DNA from: Mantamonas sphyraenae STR306
Lineage: Eukaryota > Protista > CRuMs
Assembly (NCBI GenBank): GCA_026936335.1
Contig: JAPMXV010000053.1
Span: forward strand, 378,058-442,057
DNA length: 64,000 bases
Direction of reading: 5' to 3'
The notes beneath the pieces were generated by a model that was given only the letters and a program-made list of their open reading frames with translations, did no database searches and was not told the DNA's origin. Positions 12,560 through 24,850 of this stretch are shown here, one piece after another; the first letter of the stretch is position 1, and every line of letters begins with the position of its first letter. Position numbers and translations under genes: made by a program.

Positions 12560-13849
12560 TCACGACTCGTTGGGAGACTGTGTGCGGAAAAACTCAGACT
12601 CGAACTCGTCGATGAACTGGTTGCTCAGTTCCCAGAGCTTTGTGTTGTTCTGGTCGGTTGCAAACGGGTTGATGATGTGCTCCATGGTCTTGAAATCTTG
12701 CCAGTAGGTGCCCGGGTGTGTGATGACATCGTCGGAGGTTGCACCGTGGGTGCAGCCGAGGGCACCCGAGTCTGCCGAGCGTGCGACAAGCATGGTAAAA
12801 AAGTTGGTGATGAGGCGCAAAGGTCCATCGATGCCGTTCCAAATGCCAGTGTAGACGTAGCCCGGGTGGTTGCAGCTCCAAATAAGGCGTGTGGGGGGGG
12901 CTTCAGGCAACTGCTGATACTGTGCGTCGCTGCGTTTCTGGCCCTCGATGGTAAACATCGTGTTGAGCAGTTTGGCTTGGGTGTACAGGAGGGCTCGGGA
13001 GACTCCCGGATTGGCTTGGCGCAGTTTGTCCCAGCGCACACCTTTGGCGAGGTGTTGGCCGTAGGAGGCCTGGTTGACAATGCGGCCTGTGACTCGCGTC
13101 TTGCGGCCTGTTTCGTCACCCGGCTGGGTGTAGAGCATGGTGGCCCACAGGAGCTTGGTGAGGTAAAAGTGGCCCAGGTGCATGGAGGCGAAGCTGTAGT
13201 CGAAGCCCTGTTTCGTGGCGGTGGTGGGTGGGAACGAGCCAGCGTTGTTCACCAGCACATGCAGTTCGTCATACTCGTCCTTGAACTCGGTGGCAAAACG
13301 GTACACACTCTCAAGATCCGAAGTGTCCAGCTGCTTGACGATGGCAACGCCGGTGGTGTTTGTCATGGTGTCGATGACTCTGCGTGCCTTTTCGCCTCGC
13401 TCGACGCTGCGGCAGGCCATGATCACGGTGTCTGCACCTGCCTGGATGAGATTACGCACGACCCAAAAGCCTATGCCGGCGTTGGCTCCGGTGACGATGC
13501 ACACGGCGCCGTGGAGAGAGCGGTAGTTTGGCACGGCGGAGAGGTCGGACGGGTCGAGCGTGTACTTGAGGGAGGCAATGAGGAGGATGTTGACGACCCA
13601 TGCGGTGAGTTTGGCAGGCATGACGTCGAGATCAGGGTTGAACCAAGCGACGGCGTAGACGATGGGCAGGCTGAAGACGGCGACGACGAGATGAAAAGCC
13701 AACTTGAAGGTGTGGCCCCAGTCGTTGAGGATGTAGGCCTGGAGCTCAGGCCAGCGAATGGCAAGGTACAACAGAGCCACATACCACACCAAGACGGCAA
13801 TCCCCTCTGCGAGGACGGCTCCAGGCAGGTCTGGGAGCGATTCGAACAT
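12560..13849 (-). CDS. Short-chain dehydrogenase/reductase (RDH11/12/DHRSX-like) with N-terminal transmembrane segments, ~429 aa
   Basis: CIVTGANAGIGF Rossmann motif, LHVLVNNAG, HLGHFYLT, YTQAK (YxxxK), HPGYVYT. Start taken at MFESLPDL because the upstream part of the listed ORF overlaps the PAP2 gene. Confidence 0.88.
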   Translation of the reverse strand: MFESLPDLPGAVLAEGIAVLVWYVALLYLAIRWPELQAYILNDWGHTFKLAFHLVVAVFSLPIVYAVAWFNPDLDVMPAKLTAWVVNILLIASLKYTLDPSDLSAVPNYRSLHGAVCIVTGANAGIGFWVVRNLIQAGADTVIMACRSVERGEKARRVIDTMTNTTGVAIVKQLDTSDLESVYRFATEFKDEYDELHVLVNNAGSFPPTTATKQGFDYSFASMHLGHFYLTKLLWATMLYTQPGDETGRKTRVTGRIVNQASYGQHLAKGVRWDKLRQANPGVSRALLYTQAKLLNTMFTIEGQKRSDAQYQQLPEAPPTRLIWSCNHPGYVYTGIWNGIDGPLRLITNFFTMLVARSADSGALGCTHGATSDDVITHPGTYWQDFKTMEHIINPFATDQNNTKLWELSNQFIDEFESEFFRTQSPNES

Positions 13850-13970
13850 TGTGTGGCCGGAGAGTTGTTGGTTGTGCGAGCGCAGACGTTGCACAGAGGG
13901 AACGGGAGGGAGTGTGGATGCAATGGCGCAATGAAATGTGTGGAAAACACAGGGTGACCAGGACTGTACT

Positions 13971-14567
13971 TCATGGGCGCATGGCAGGGAGCATGGCGTC
14001 GAGCTGTGCAAGATGAGCGGGTTCAACAAAGCCCCACAGCCATTGGAGGATGGTTGCATAGGTTGTGCCCAGGGAAAGACCAGCGATAACGTCCGAGGTG
14101 TAGTGGCGGAGGAGGAGGACGCGTGTGGCGGCAATGAGGGCGACCCAAAGTGGAGCGAGCTGGCGAGCCCAGAGCGGGAGAAGGGGATGGAACCAAAGAG
14201 CGAGGGCGACACTCCACGCTGCATGGCCACTGGGAAAGGACTTGACATCAGGGCCAAGGAAAACCTTTGCGTGCTCGCGGAATGGAGGGCGTGGACGACC
14301 GACGACAGCCTTGAGGGCGCCGCTGGTGGCTGTGTGGACCACAAGGAGGGCATTGGTTTGGAAGATGAGTTCGAGGGCAGCGTTGTCCGGAGCCAGCCAG
14401 TGACGGGAAAACACAGCGGCGAGGAGGATGACAACCCAGACCCAGCCGTCGGCCGTGGTTGAAAGGAGCTCGAGGAGGAGGAGGTACGGGGTGCCGAGCG
14501 TCTGGAAGAGGGAGTGTGCTTTGTCGGTGATCCATGCATCGACCGGATTGTCCAGATCGATGGCCAT
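13971..14567 (-). CDS. PAP2-superfamily lipid/polyisoprenoid phosphate phosphatase (PLPP6-like), 198 aa
   Basis: Three PAP2 motifs: KAVVGRPRP, SFPSGHA and TRVLLLRHYTSDVIAG; hydrophobic helices. Confidence 0.9.
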   Translation of the reverse strand: MAIDLDNPVDAWITDKAHSLFQTLGTPYLLLLELLSTTADGWVWVVILLAAVFSRHWLAPDNAALELIFQTNALLVVHTATSGALKAVVGRPRPPFREHAKVFLGPDVKSFPSGHAAWSVALALWFHPLLPLWARQLAPLWVALIAATRVLLLRHYTSDVIAGLSLGTTYATILQWLWGFVEPAHLAQLDAMLPAMRP

Positions 14568-14638
14568 GGTGGCTCTTGAGAGAAGGGCTGGGCCGAGGGC
14601 GGCGCGTCCGCCACGGAAACCCCTTTTTGTCAACCATC
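14568..14638. promoter_or_regulatory. Putative compact bidirectional promoter (PAP2 / COX6B); analogous spacers at 18824-18884 (WDR44/TMEM258) and 20275-20346 (prefoldin-like/CaMK1)
   Basis: Divergent start codons only 61-72 bp apart; inferred from gene geometry only. Confidence 0.5.
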
Positions 14639-15358
14639 ATGAGCTCTGTGAACCTGAACACGCCGCAGTACGATGCACGATTCCCGCACGCAAACCAGAC
14701 CAAGCGCTGCTGGATCAACTATGTGCAGTACCACCGCTGCTTGAACTCGGGTGGCGACGAGGACTCGTGCAAGGAGTTCTTCAAGACGTACAACTCGCTG
14801 TGCCCCAACGCCTGGGTGAGTTGTCGTGTGTGAGGAGGGCATGCATGTGTTGCGCAGGGAAACGAGGTTTGATGTGACTGGGCCTCGCGTGTGTGTGGAA
14901 CACGCAAGTACTGGCACGGTTCATGGCGACGAGGGAAAGCGGCCTTTGTCGTCGTGGCCGTTTCCGGCGCGCGATCGTCGCTTCGGCGCCTTTCGCGCCG
15001 AGCCTGCGGCCAAGGGCCGGGCCACTTGCACGGCGGAGTAGGGGCACGGAGATGGAGAAGCACTAGATTCCAGTGTGGCATGTGTGGCAGCACAGAGATT
15101 TGCCCGCGTGGACGACCGAGCGCGGGCTTCGAAAGTTCTCCAAGGCCGAATTTTCCCTCTCCGCGCATTCAAGGCGCAGGGGAGACTTGGGAGTGGAGGG
15201 AGGGCAGTGAAGCTGACACACTGTGCACACATATACACACACACGCCCATACACACACGTGACGTGTACACATGCCTGTTTACGCACGGGGTGTCCAGGT
15301 GGAGAAGTGGGACGAGCAGCGTGAAGAGGGTACCTTCCCGACCAAGCTCACAGAGTAA
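14639..15358 (+). CDS. COX6B: Cytochrome c oxidase subunit 6B. Exons 14639-14815 and 15299-15358
   Basis: DARFPHANQTKRCWINYVQYHRC..C....YNSLCPNAW|VEKWDEQREEGTFP after splicing the GTGAG..CCAG intron. Confidence 0.95.
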
Positions 15359-15400
15359 AATTGCGGTTTATCACTGGTCCATTGGTTATTGTGTTGGCCG

Positions 15401-18393
15401 TCACAAGTATTCTGGGTCGTTGGTGACGCGGAACACGCTGATGAGACCCTCGTAGTCAGCAGTGACAATCACCTGACCGCGAAGGGTCTCTGCTGGATCG
15501 AGGTCAAGGTTTGTGGTGCTCTGCGGGGCCATGACGGCACACGTGATGACGCCTCCCTTGCCAGGGGGCTGGAAGCACTCGTAGGATTCGTTGTGGTCCT
15601 TGCGGTGGCCTGTAAAGAGCGGGTTGATGGAGGGCACGTACGGATTCTCAGTGTTCCACAGGTAGACATGTCTGTCCTCGCTGCCACACACGATAAAGTT
15701 GCCCCGGTCGTTGAAGGAGGCGCCAATCTGGCTCTGCTGGTTCTTGAGGCCCTTGTACTTGCAAAACAGCGAGTGGTCGTTCATGTGGTACAGGCGCACG
15801 CGCGAGTCGTTGCTGGTGACGAGCAGCTTGTCGCCGTCCGGATTGATGCGGATGCCCGTGATCTTTTTGCCCTTTGAGTTCTTCCCGCGGGAGGAGCGCA
15901 CGTGCAGCTGGGCGTGGTACTTGAGGCGTTCGGTTTCGTAGAAGGAGACGCGCCCGGCAAAGGAGCCTGCAATGACCATCTTGCCGTCGGGGGTGAAGCA
16001 GGTGGCTGTGATGGCGCCCTGTGTGTGCACATAGCTGACCACATTGCAATCGATGATATTCCAGATGCGCAACTTCTGGTCCATGGAACCCGACAGAAAC
16101 AGGCGGTCGTCTTTGGGGTGAAAGTCCACCGAAGTGACAAAGTCGCGGTGGCGGAAGATGCGCAGGCATTCTCCGCGATGCACGTGCCACAGGCGCACGG
16201 TCTTGTCCATGGAAGAGGTGAGGAGGAAGTTGCTCTTGCTCCACGAGAGATCGAGGACGTCCTGCACGTGGCCTTCAAACACGCGGTATGGCTTGGCTTC
16301 AAACACGGCGTCCCCGTTCAGGTGCACATCTGCAGGCACCCTGCTGTCTTCCTCTGCACCACTGGTTGCATCGTGCGAGGAGCTGGACGATGATACGGTG
16401 TCATGCTCATGGTCTCCGTCCTCGCTGGTGTTGTTGTTGGTGTTGCCCTGAGCATCACCCTCGTCATCTCCACCACTCTCGCCGTGCTCGCCCAAGCCGT
16501 CGTTTGCGTCGACGGCAACCCAGATGCGCACGACGCTGTCGAAGCCCGCTGTGGCTAGGAACTCGCCGGTGTGGTTGAACTTCATGACCCAAATGGCACC
16601 TGTGTGTTCGCCGAGCAGCTGTTCGGTGACCAGACCGGACACTTCTTGGCGCTCTTTCTTGTGCGCAGTGACCTTGATGTCCTGAGTGTCGGACGCGTCC
16701 TCGTCGCTGTCGCTGCCGCCCTTGAACAGGCGCATAAACTTTTTGCGCTTGCTGCCTTTCTTCTTGCGCTTGCCCTCGTCGTCCGAATCCGACTCGTCAT
16801 CGGAATGTCCCAGGTGCTCGCGCGTCTCTTCGTCTTTGTGCAACAGCTGCGTGATGGGGTCCAGCTCCTTCATAAAGGTCTCTTCGGCCTGCGCAATGGT
16901 GTACATCTTGCCAGACTCCAGGTCCTTGATGATAAACTCGGTTTCGATAAACTCTTCCTCATCGATCGCGTCGCCTTCTTCGAAAACGCGCTTGGTTCCG
17001 CCCTGGAAGTGGCCCAGGGACATGGAGTCCTCGTCCACGAGCGGGGCCACAGACGCAGAGGCGGCGGAGGACGCGATGGCATCACCTGTGGGTGGTGTCG
17101 TGTTTGTGACCACATCGACGGTGGTGGCGGTAGTGTTGGTGGTAGTGTTGGTGGTGGCGGTGGTGGTGGTGGTGGTGGTGTCTGACGCAGCAGATTCAGG
17201 ATTGTCGTGACTGGCTGATGTTGGTGCCTGCTCGTCGGGGATGTCCGCTGGAGGTTCCGATGGTGAGGTGGTAGAAGACGACGGCTGTGCCTCTTGGGTC
17301 TCTGTGTGCTGTGGCTGCTGTGGCTGGGGTGGATCAAGGTCGTCCGCCTCGTGTTGGACGCGCGGTTCATCCTTTTGGGGTGCACTCTGCTGTACATGTG
17401 CGTTGTCCAACTGTTGTTCCACAGGTTGCTGTGGCTGGGGAGGTTCAAGGTCAAGCTGTGGCTCAGGCTGTGGTTCGGGTTCGGGTTCGGGTTCGGGTTC
17501 GGGTTCGGTGGCAGCGCTTGTGTCTTGCACCACGACAGTGTTGGGCGTGGCAGTCACATCCACGTGGGATACCGTAGTTGTGGTGGGTGTGGTGGCAGTG
17601 GCATCGTCTTGAGCTTGTGTGGGTGTGGGTGTGGATTGACCTGTGTAGGCTGCATCGATGGCCTGCAGATCCTCGTCCAGGGAGTCGTCCGAGTCGCTGC
17701 CGTCTGCGTCGACGCTGAAGCGCACACGCCGTGCACTGGGCGTCCGCTTAATGTCTTCTGCGTCGTCGATCACCATGCCCATGTCCTCGTCCTCGTCGCG
17801 GTGCTTGAGCACAGATTGGATCACCGGTTCCTGCACGTGGTCTGCTGTTGCCACGTCCACGTCCACTTCCGTGTCGTCTTTCTCTTGGGCGTGTGAGATA
17901 TCTGCGTCTGCGTCTGTGTGTGTGTCTGCGGCTGGTTCTTCTTTGCTGTCGGTAGTGATGGTTTGCTCCACTGCATCCTGCTGCGGCAGCGGGTGGTCAA
18001 GTGAATTCCCAGTGTCGTCAGCGGCCGGGTGGACGTCGTGTACGTCCACCTCGTTGGCGGACGGCTGCTCCACCACCTGTTCCCGTACCTGTGTGTGTAC
18101 GGGTACCACGTCTTCTTCGTCTTCTTCCTCGTCGTCCACATCTTCCTGCTGGACGGCAAGAACTTCGTGGCCATCCACGACCGTCACCGTCTTTGGGGGC
18201 ACATACTCAAAGTCCTCGCCCTCGTCGCCGTCAAACAGCTCCGACTCGCCCTCGCTGGCTGTGGCAAAGCCTGCGTCGACAGAGTCGCTCTGGGACAGCG
18301 AGGTGGTGGAGCTCAGGTGAGCTGCCATGGACGAAGCGCTGAAGCTGTAGAAGCGTTCGCGAGTGCGCCCCTCTCCTTCGTCGTCTGCGTCCC

Positions 18394-18427
<34 letters not shown>

Positions 18428-18823
18428 GACCACGGGAGGACTGTCCCTCTGTGGCTGTGAATCCGTCTTGCTGCTCGTGTCCTCAGATGTCGTGTGCACC
18501 TCGTGCGTGGTCTCTCCATCTGCGTTTTGTTCGTCGTGGTTTGCAGCCGGCGGGTTCGTGTCCTCAGCCGCATTCTCCTGTACATCGGTGCTGCTGGATT
18601 CACTGTGTGCATTTGCCATGGCTGTGCTGGCTGTGCTTGTGCTTTGTGTCTGCTCCCCGGGCTTATCTGCACCCTGCTGTTGCCTCTCGGGTTCTTCAGA
18701 GTGCAGCACCGCCTCGGCTGCCTGATTTAGAGTGGCGTCGTGGAACTCATCGTCCGCATCGAAAAACTCGTCATCGTCCGAGTCGGAATCGTCAGACGAC
18801 GATGGAGACTCCCAATCGGACAT
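15401..18823 (-). CDS. WDR44: WDR44 (Rab11-binding)-like WD40 protein with a long acidic N-terminus
   Basis: N-terminal FFAT motif EFFDADDE; C-terminal HTGAIWVMKF, GHVQDVLDLSWSKSNFLLTSSMDKTVRLWH, FRHRDFVTSVDFHPKDDRLFLSGSMDQKLRIWNI, LLVTSNDSRVRLY. Confidence 0.9.
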
Positions 18824-18884
18824 GTGGGGCGGTTGTTTTGGTGCGGGTCGAGCGACGGCACAGCCAACCACGAACGAACCGACC

Positions 18885-19635
18885 ATGGGCGACCTCCCTG
18901 CCATCACCAATCCGTTCAGCCCGCTGATCTCGCAGTCACAGTTTCCGCTGCTCACTGTCATCTTTCTGGGCATCGGTCTCTTCCTTGGCATCTCCTTCTT
19001 TGTGTAAGTGCAGGAAATGCAGCGTCGCTGGCCTCCTCCATGCCGCCCCGGCCCCCTTCAGAAGCACATGGAGGGCACGCACGCAATGTGTGCGGTGTCG
19101 ACATGACATGTGCGACGTGTGTACAGGCGCACGTGTGCACCTGTGCTGTAGCGGACGCGCGCTAGGAGTGCAAAGAACGCGCTCGCCACGCGTTGTCTTT
19201 GCGCCTGGCCCTTTTCGCAGGCCTTGTGCGGCCGTTGCGTGCACGTGTGTCCCCCAGACGTGGCCACCGACGACGCAGGAGGGCTGCTTGTGCACATTCT
19301 GAGCCACCTCGTTTTGCAAGCCACAGATGGTCACCCATGGTGACGGATGGCGGTCGAGGTGGCCACGTCAACACGTGGCGAACCCTCTTTGCCTTCTCCC
19401 ACGCGCACGCAATTCCGTGTACTCGCCCATACTCACATGCACACATCATCGTACACACATGCACACACATGGCGCATGCTTGCATGCCGTGCTGCTCCCT
19501 GAACACAGTTCTGAGGTCACTTCGACCAAGGAGAAGCGCAACCTGGTCACGGAACTGCTGTCTGCCCTGGTTGCCTCTGTATTCCTGGGCGTTGGCACCC
19601 TCTTTCTCATGCTCTGGACAGGAATCTATGTGTAG
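18885..19635 (+). CDS. TMEM258: Oligosaccharyltransferase subunit TMEM258/OST5. Exons 18885-19003 and 19509-19635
   Basis: Spliced product ..[21 protein letters not shown]|[41 protein letters not shown]; GTAAGT..ACAG intron. Confidence 0.93.
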
Positions 19636-19751
19636 AGAGTGTGTGGGACATGCTGGACAACAAAGCCGAAGTTTGTGGTGTTTTCAAATTTGTTTGTGCC
19701 TTCTTTCTTGTCTCCTGGCCGCTGAGAAGCCCTACAGAAGCACGACGCCGC

Positions 19752-20274
19752 TCATGAGTCCAGTGCCTCGAGTTCTTTCCTTCGGGCATCGAGGTGCACT
19801 GTGTCTCGAGAGTCAGCGGGGCTGTTCAAGGACACACGGCCACAGACACACACGCTGGCACACACTACTTTGGGAACACATCGGCCCACGCACGCACAAG
19901 GGTGACATGTCGGGTGTCTGAGGCCAAACTTACACGTTAAATCGCTCAGCACCCGTGCATTGTCGGTTTGTTTGTACATCAGTTTTCCGACGCGCACATA
20001 CACGTCCTGTGAGGTGTGTGTGACATGGGTGACACATGGATTAGACTCTGAGCTATACAAACGGTGGAATCTGTGGTCCAACCGTACCGCACGTGACCTA
20101 CCTTGCCCTCTTTGAGCGAACGCAGCTCCCCAACTTGCGTCTCCAGCAGCTGAATCTGTTCGTCTGCTGCGTCAGCGCGATGTGAAAGGTTGGATCGGCA
20201 ACGGGGGAAACGCACGTGTGCACGTGCGCGGGCCTTACCTCTTTGATCAGCGACTCACGTGCAGACAAACTCAT
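19752..20274 (-). CDS. 69-aa beta-prefoldin-like microprotein (ASDURF-like). Exons 20274-20239, 20155-20102, 20006-19934, 19798-19752
   Basis: Three canonical introns (donors GTAAGG, GTAGGT, GTAAGT; CAG acceptors) splice in frame to MSLSARESLIKEIQLLETQVGELRSLKEGKDVYVRVGKLMYKQTDNARVLSDLTLHLDARRKELEALDS*, a coil-hairpin-coil with the EL..L....VY..VG motif. Confidence 0.78.
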
Positions 20275-20346
20275 GAGTGCATGGGTTTGGGGCGCGTGCG
20301 CCGCGCCGCGGCACACACACAAGCCACACGAACCCACGCATCAACA

Positions 20347-22119
<1,773 letters not shown>

Positions 22120-22176
22120 TTGCATTGCAGAGTTTCTCAATTGCGCGTCTTTGCAGCCAACCCATTGGCTCGAGCG

Positions 22177-24076
22177 ATGCAGGTGCGCAGACCCACCCTT
22201 CCGGACGTGGCTGCAGAAAACAGGCGCCACAGCACGGTGAACCTCGTGTGGGCATGTTTGTTCGTCGTGGGTGCTCTCGTGGCCACGTACCACCCGTTCA
22301 CTCCATGGTTGGTGCGAGCAACGGGCCTGTCCGCCTGGTGGCTGGACGGCATCAGTCTTCTCCTTGCCCTGCTCTTTCTCGGATTTGCCATCGTTGGGTT
22401 CCGTCGCTACTTTGTGCACCGCGACCTCAAAAAAGGACTCGAGGCGCGCAAGCGCATCTTGTACGGCATGGAGCGTGGAAAGCTGCCGGATTCCCCGGCC
22501 CGCTTGCACAGCCCGGCCTCGCGCGGCACCTCGCCCATTCTCCACACTCCGGGCAGCGCGGGCTCCAAAGCAGCCTCTTCTTACCTGGGCCCATCCCTCA
22601 CCAAAGCCAAGCGCTTCGTGGTACGTTTCGCCATGCCTGCTGGCCCTCCTGGAGGCCGACAAACGCAACCAATGCAGCGCGCGCACAACCTCGCTTCGCC
22701 CATCGTCTCCTGACACCCTCTCCTTGCTCACCCGGCGCCGCCGTGCACAGAACAAGTCGCCCACCAACGACTCGAACGTCGTGGTTGCCGGCACGCCCAC
22801 GCGTATGTCGCCATACATCGACATGCACCGCCGCGTGACGGCAGGGAACAGCAGCTCGCCCGCGCGAGAACTGATCATCGACGCAGGCACGCACGTGGAC
22901 AGCAGTGATGATCTGGATCGCTACCTGGCAGAAGAAGAGGAGCGCACACGCATGTGGGAGGCCCTCAACAACAGCACAGTGGATGCATCGTCAGGCAATA
23001 CTTCGTTCTTCTTTGGCGCGGCAAAGAGCCCCGCAAAGGGCGGGGCGGGCAAGGCGGCAAACACAAGCATGCTGGCCAGCTTCACCACCTTTGCTGCCGA
23101 TCTCACAAACCGCATGCGCAGCTATCAGCTGAGCTCGCGCCAGGTTGCGCACAAGGCACACAACACGAAAACAGACATGGCCTTGGAGGCACTGAAGGAG
23201 TTGGGCCTCAGCAGCATCGTAGACGAGGGTATTGTCATGGTGCGTGAATGGCTGGGATCCCAGATTGTCACCTACATGCCACGGGCACAGTCCAACCACG
23301 TGGCGTTTGAGAACTTTGCCATGGAAAGTGAGGAGGCTGCGGTGCTGTTTGCCGAGCCCATGGTGAGGTACAACTACGTGCAAGAGACGCTACTCAAGCT
23401 CAAAGGACCCAAGGAGTACCTTGCAGCACGCATCCAGGAGCTGTGCGAACACGGCCGTCTGGCCAACTTTCGCTGGAACGCGGGCGGCGAGTACCGCACC
23501 AAGGAGTGGACCGAAGCGCTGCCCAACGACTCGGAGGTGGTCATGCACCTCTTTCTCCACGTGCTCTACTTTATGATCCATGGTCTCGACGACGCCCACA
23601 TGGACCTCGCCACCTTTGTTTCGGGCATCTTTTCCGTGGACAGTCCTGAAGCCAACGCCACGGGCTGCCGCATTGTACAGAAGAAACGCAACCCGCCGCA
23701 CTATGTTGTGTGGCACGACAAGCCGACCAAAGGCACCTGGGAAGTGGTGGCCGGGCGGAACAACCTCTTTCACGCTATTCTCCTTTGGATGTTTTACATC
23801 CACAAGTACCAAAACGGACGCTACCACCTCCTCAACCTGCGTCACTTGGGCCTCGATGGCCTCTTTGACCTCTTTGAGATGGTGCATCCGTCGTACAAAC
23901 CGTCTGCGCAGGCGTTGGCGAGTCTGGCCGGAGGCAGCAACAGCAGCAACAGCAGCAGCAGCAGCAGCAAAGGCAAGGGCAAGGCATCTCGTGGCCTGTC
24001 CTCTGGGTTCGGCTCTGCTGGAAGCGACTACGCAGGGAGCAAGAGCGGCATCGTCGTGGGCGGGTCTTTCCGTTGA
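22177..24076 (+). CDS. TMEM209: TMEM209-like nuclear envelope membrane protein. Exons 22177-22620 and 22751-24076
   Basis: Two N-terminal TM helices; YLAARIQEL..FRWNAGG..EWTEALPNDSEVVMHLF, NPPHY, GRNNLFHAILLW; GTACGT..ACAG phase-0 intron. Confidence 0.85.
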
Positions 24077-24748
24077 CACGTCCACACGCACAAATGAACG
24101 CATGAGCAGTTTTGCGCACAAGATGTTAAGTGGGTGGGTGGGCGGCAAGGAGGAGGAATGGCTTCGCAAGCGGTCATGACGTGTGTGTTTGTTTCGTGGC
24201 GCAGGACAAGAGCCAAGGCTGCTTTTCGCTCGCTCAATTGAGGCTGTGTGGGTGTGTACACATATGAGTGTGAGTTTGAGGGCGTGGCCAAATACACACA
24301 GGCTTCTTCCATGGCATTGCATCTGTTGCGCTTGCCCAACGCAGTGGCAACGTAAAGCCAAGCCAGGCGGTTGCGCTCAAAAAGCTCGCCGCGCGTGCAC
24401 TCATTGCAGCTGTGGTTGCATCAGACACGTGCTGTGCAGGTGGTCTCCACACATATGCACACACGCACAGTGGCATCGCGTGCACAAACAGCGCACCCGT
24501 GGGATCTGAAGGGAGGTGGAGGGCCACGTCACAAAGGCATGCACCTGGTCCACCGTTGCGTCCCGACGCCTCACGGCATCTCCGTGGCATCGTCGGAGTC
24601 ACCATGGCTGTCCGTGCATACAAAAAAACACGTGTAGGCATGGGCCCTTGGGTTCGGGAGAGTGGGTGCGTCTCCATGTCGAGCGGCAGGCTCCGCTTGC
24701 GTTTGCGAGAGGGGGCGGCCGCGCGAGGCCGTCCCTCCTGTTGGATAC

Positions 24749-24850
24749 CTACCGTTGCTGGGCCACCACGTGGTGGTAGTACACAATCAAGCTGAAGATT
24801 GTGACACCAAGAAAATTGGCAAAGTACATCAACTGCTCATCCGTAATCAT
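24749..24850 (-). CDS. OST4: Oligosaccharyltransferase subunit 4 (33 aa if unspliced; a GTAGGT donor at 24752 could add a short alternative tail)
   Basis: MITDEQLMYFANFLGVTIFSLIVYYHHVVAQQR matches the OST4 pattern MI[TS]D.QL..FAN.LG.....L.V.YH. Too short to appear in the ORF track. Confidence 0.92.
   Translation of the reverse strand: MITDEQLMYFANFLGVTIFSLIVYYHHVVAQQR

Noticed and set aside
13850-14614. N-terminal 255 aa of the 684-aa ORF as a PAP2-SDR fusion
   Set aside because: That part is an off-frame overlap of PAP2, which has its own stop at 13971-13973.
17474-17508. (TTCGGG)n telomere-like interstitial repeat
   Set aside because: Encodes the Glu-Pro repeat of WDR44 on the minus strand.
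24077-24748. Possible additional small spliced gene or extra OST4 exons on the minus strand
   Set aside because: Splice-like signals exist, but I could not build a unique or recognisable product; it may be a 3' UTR with introns.
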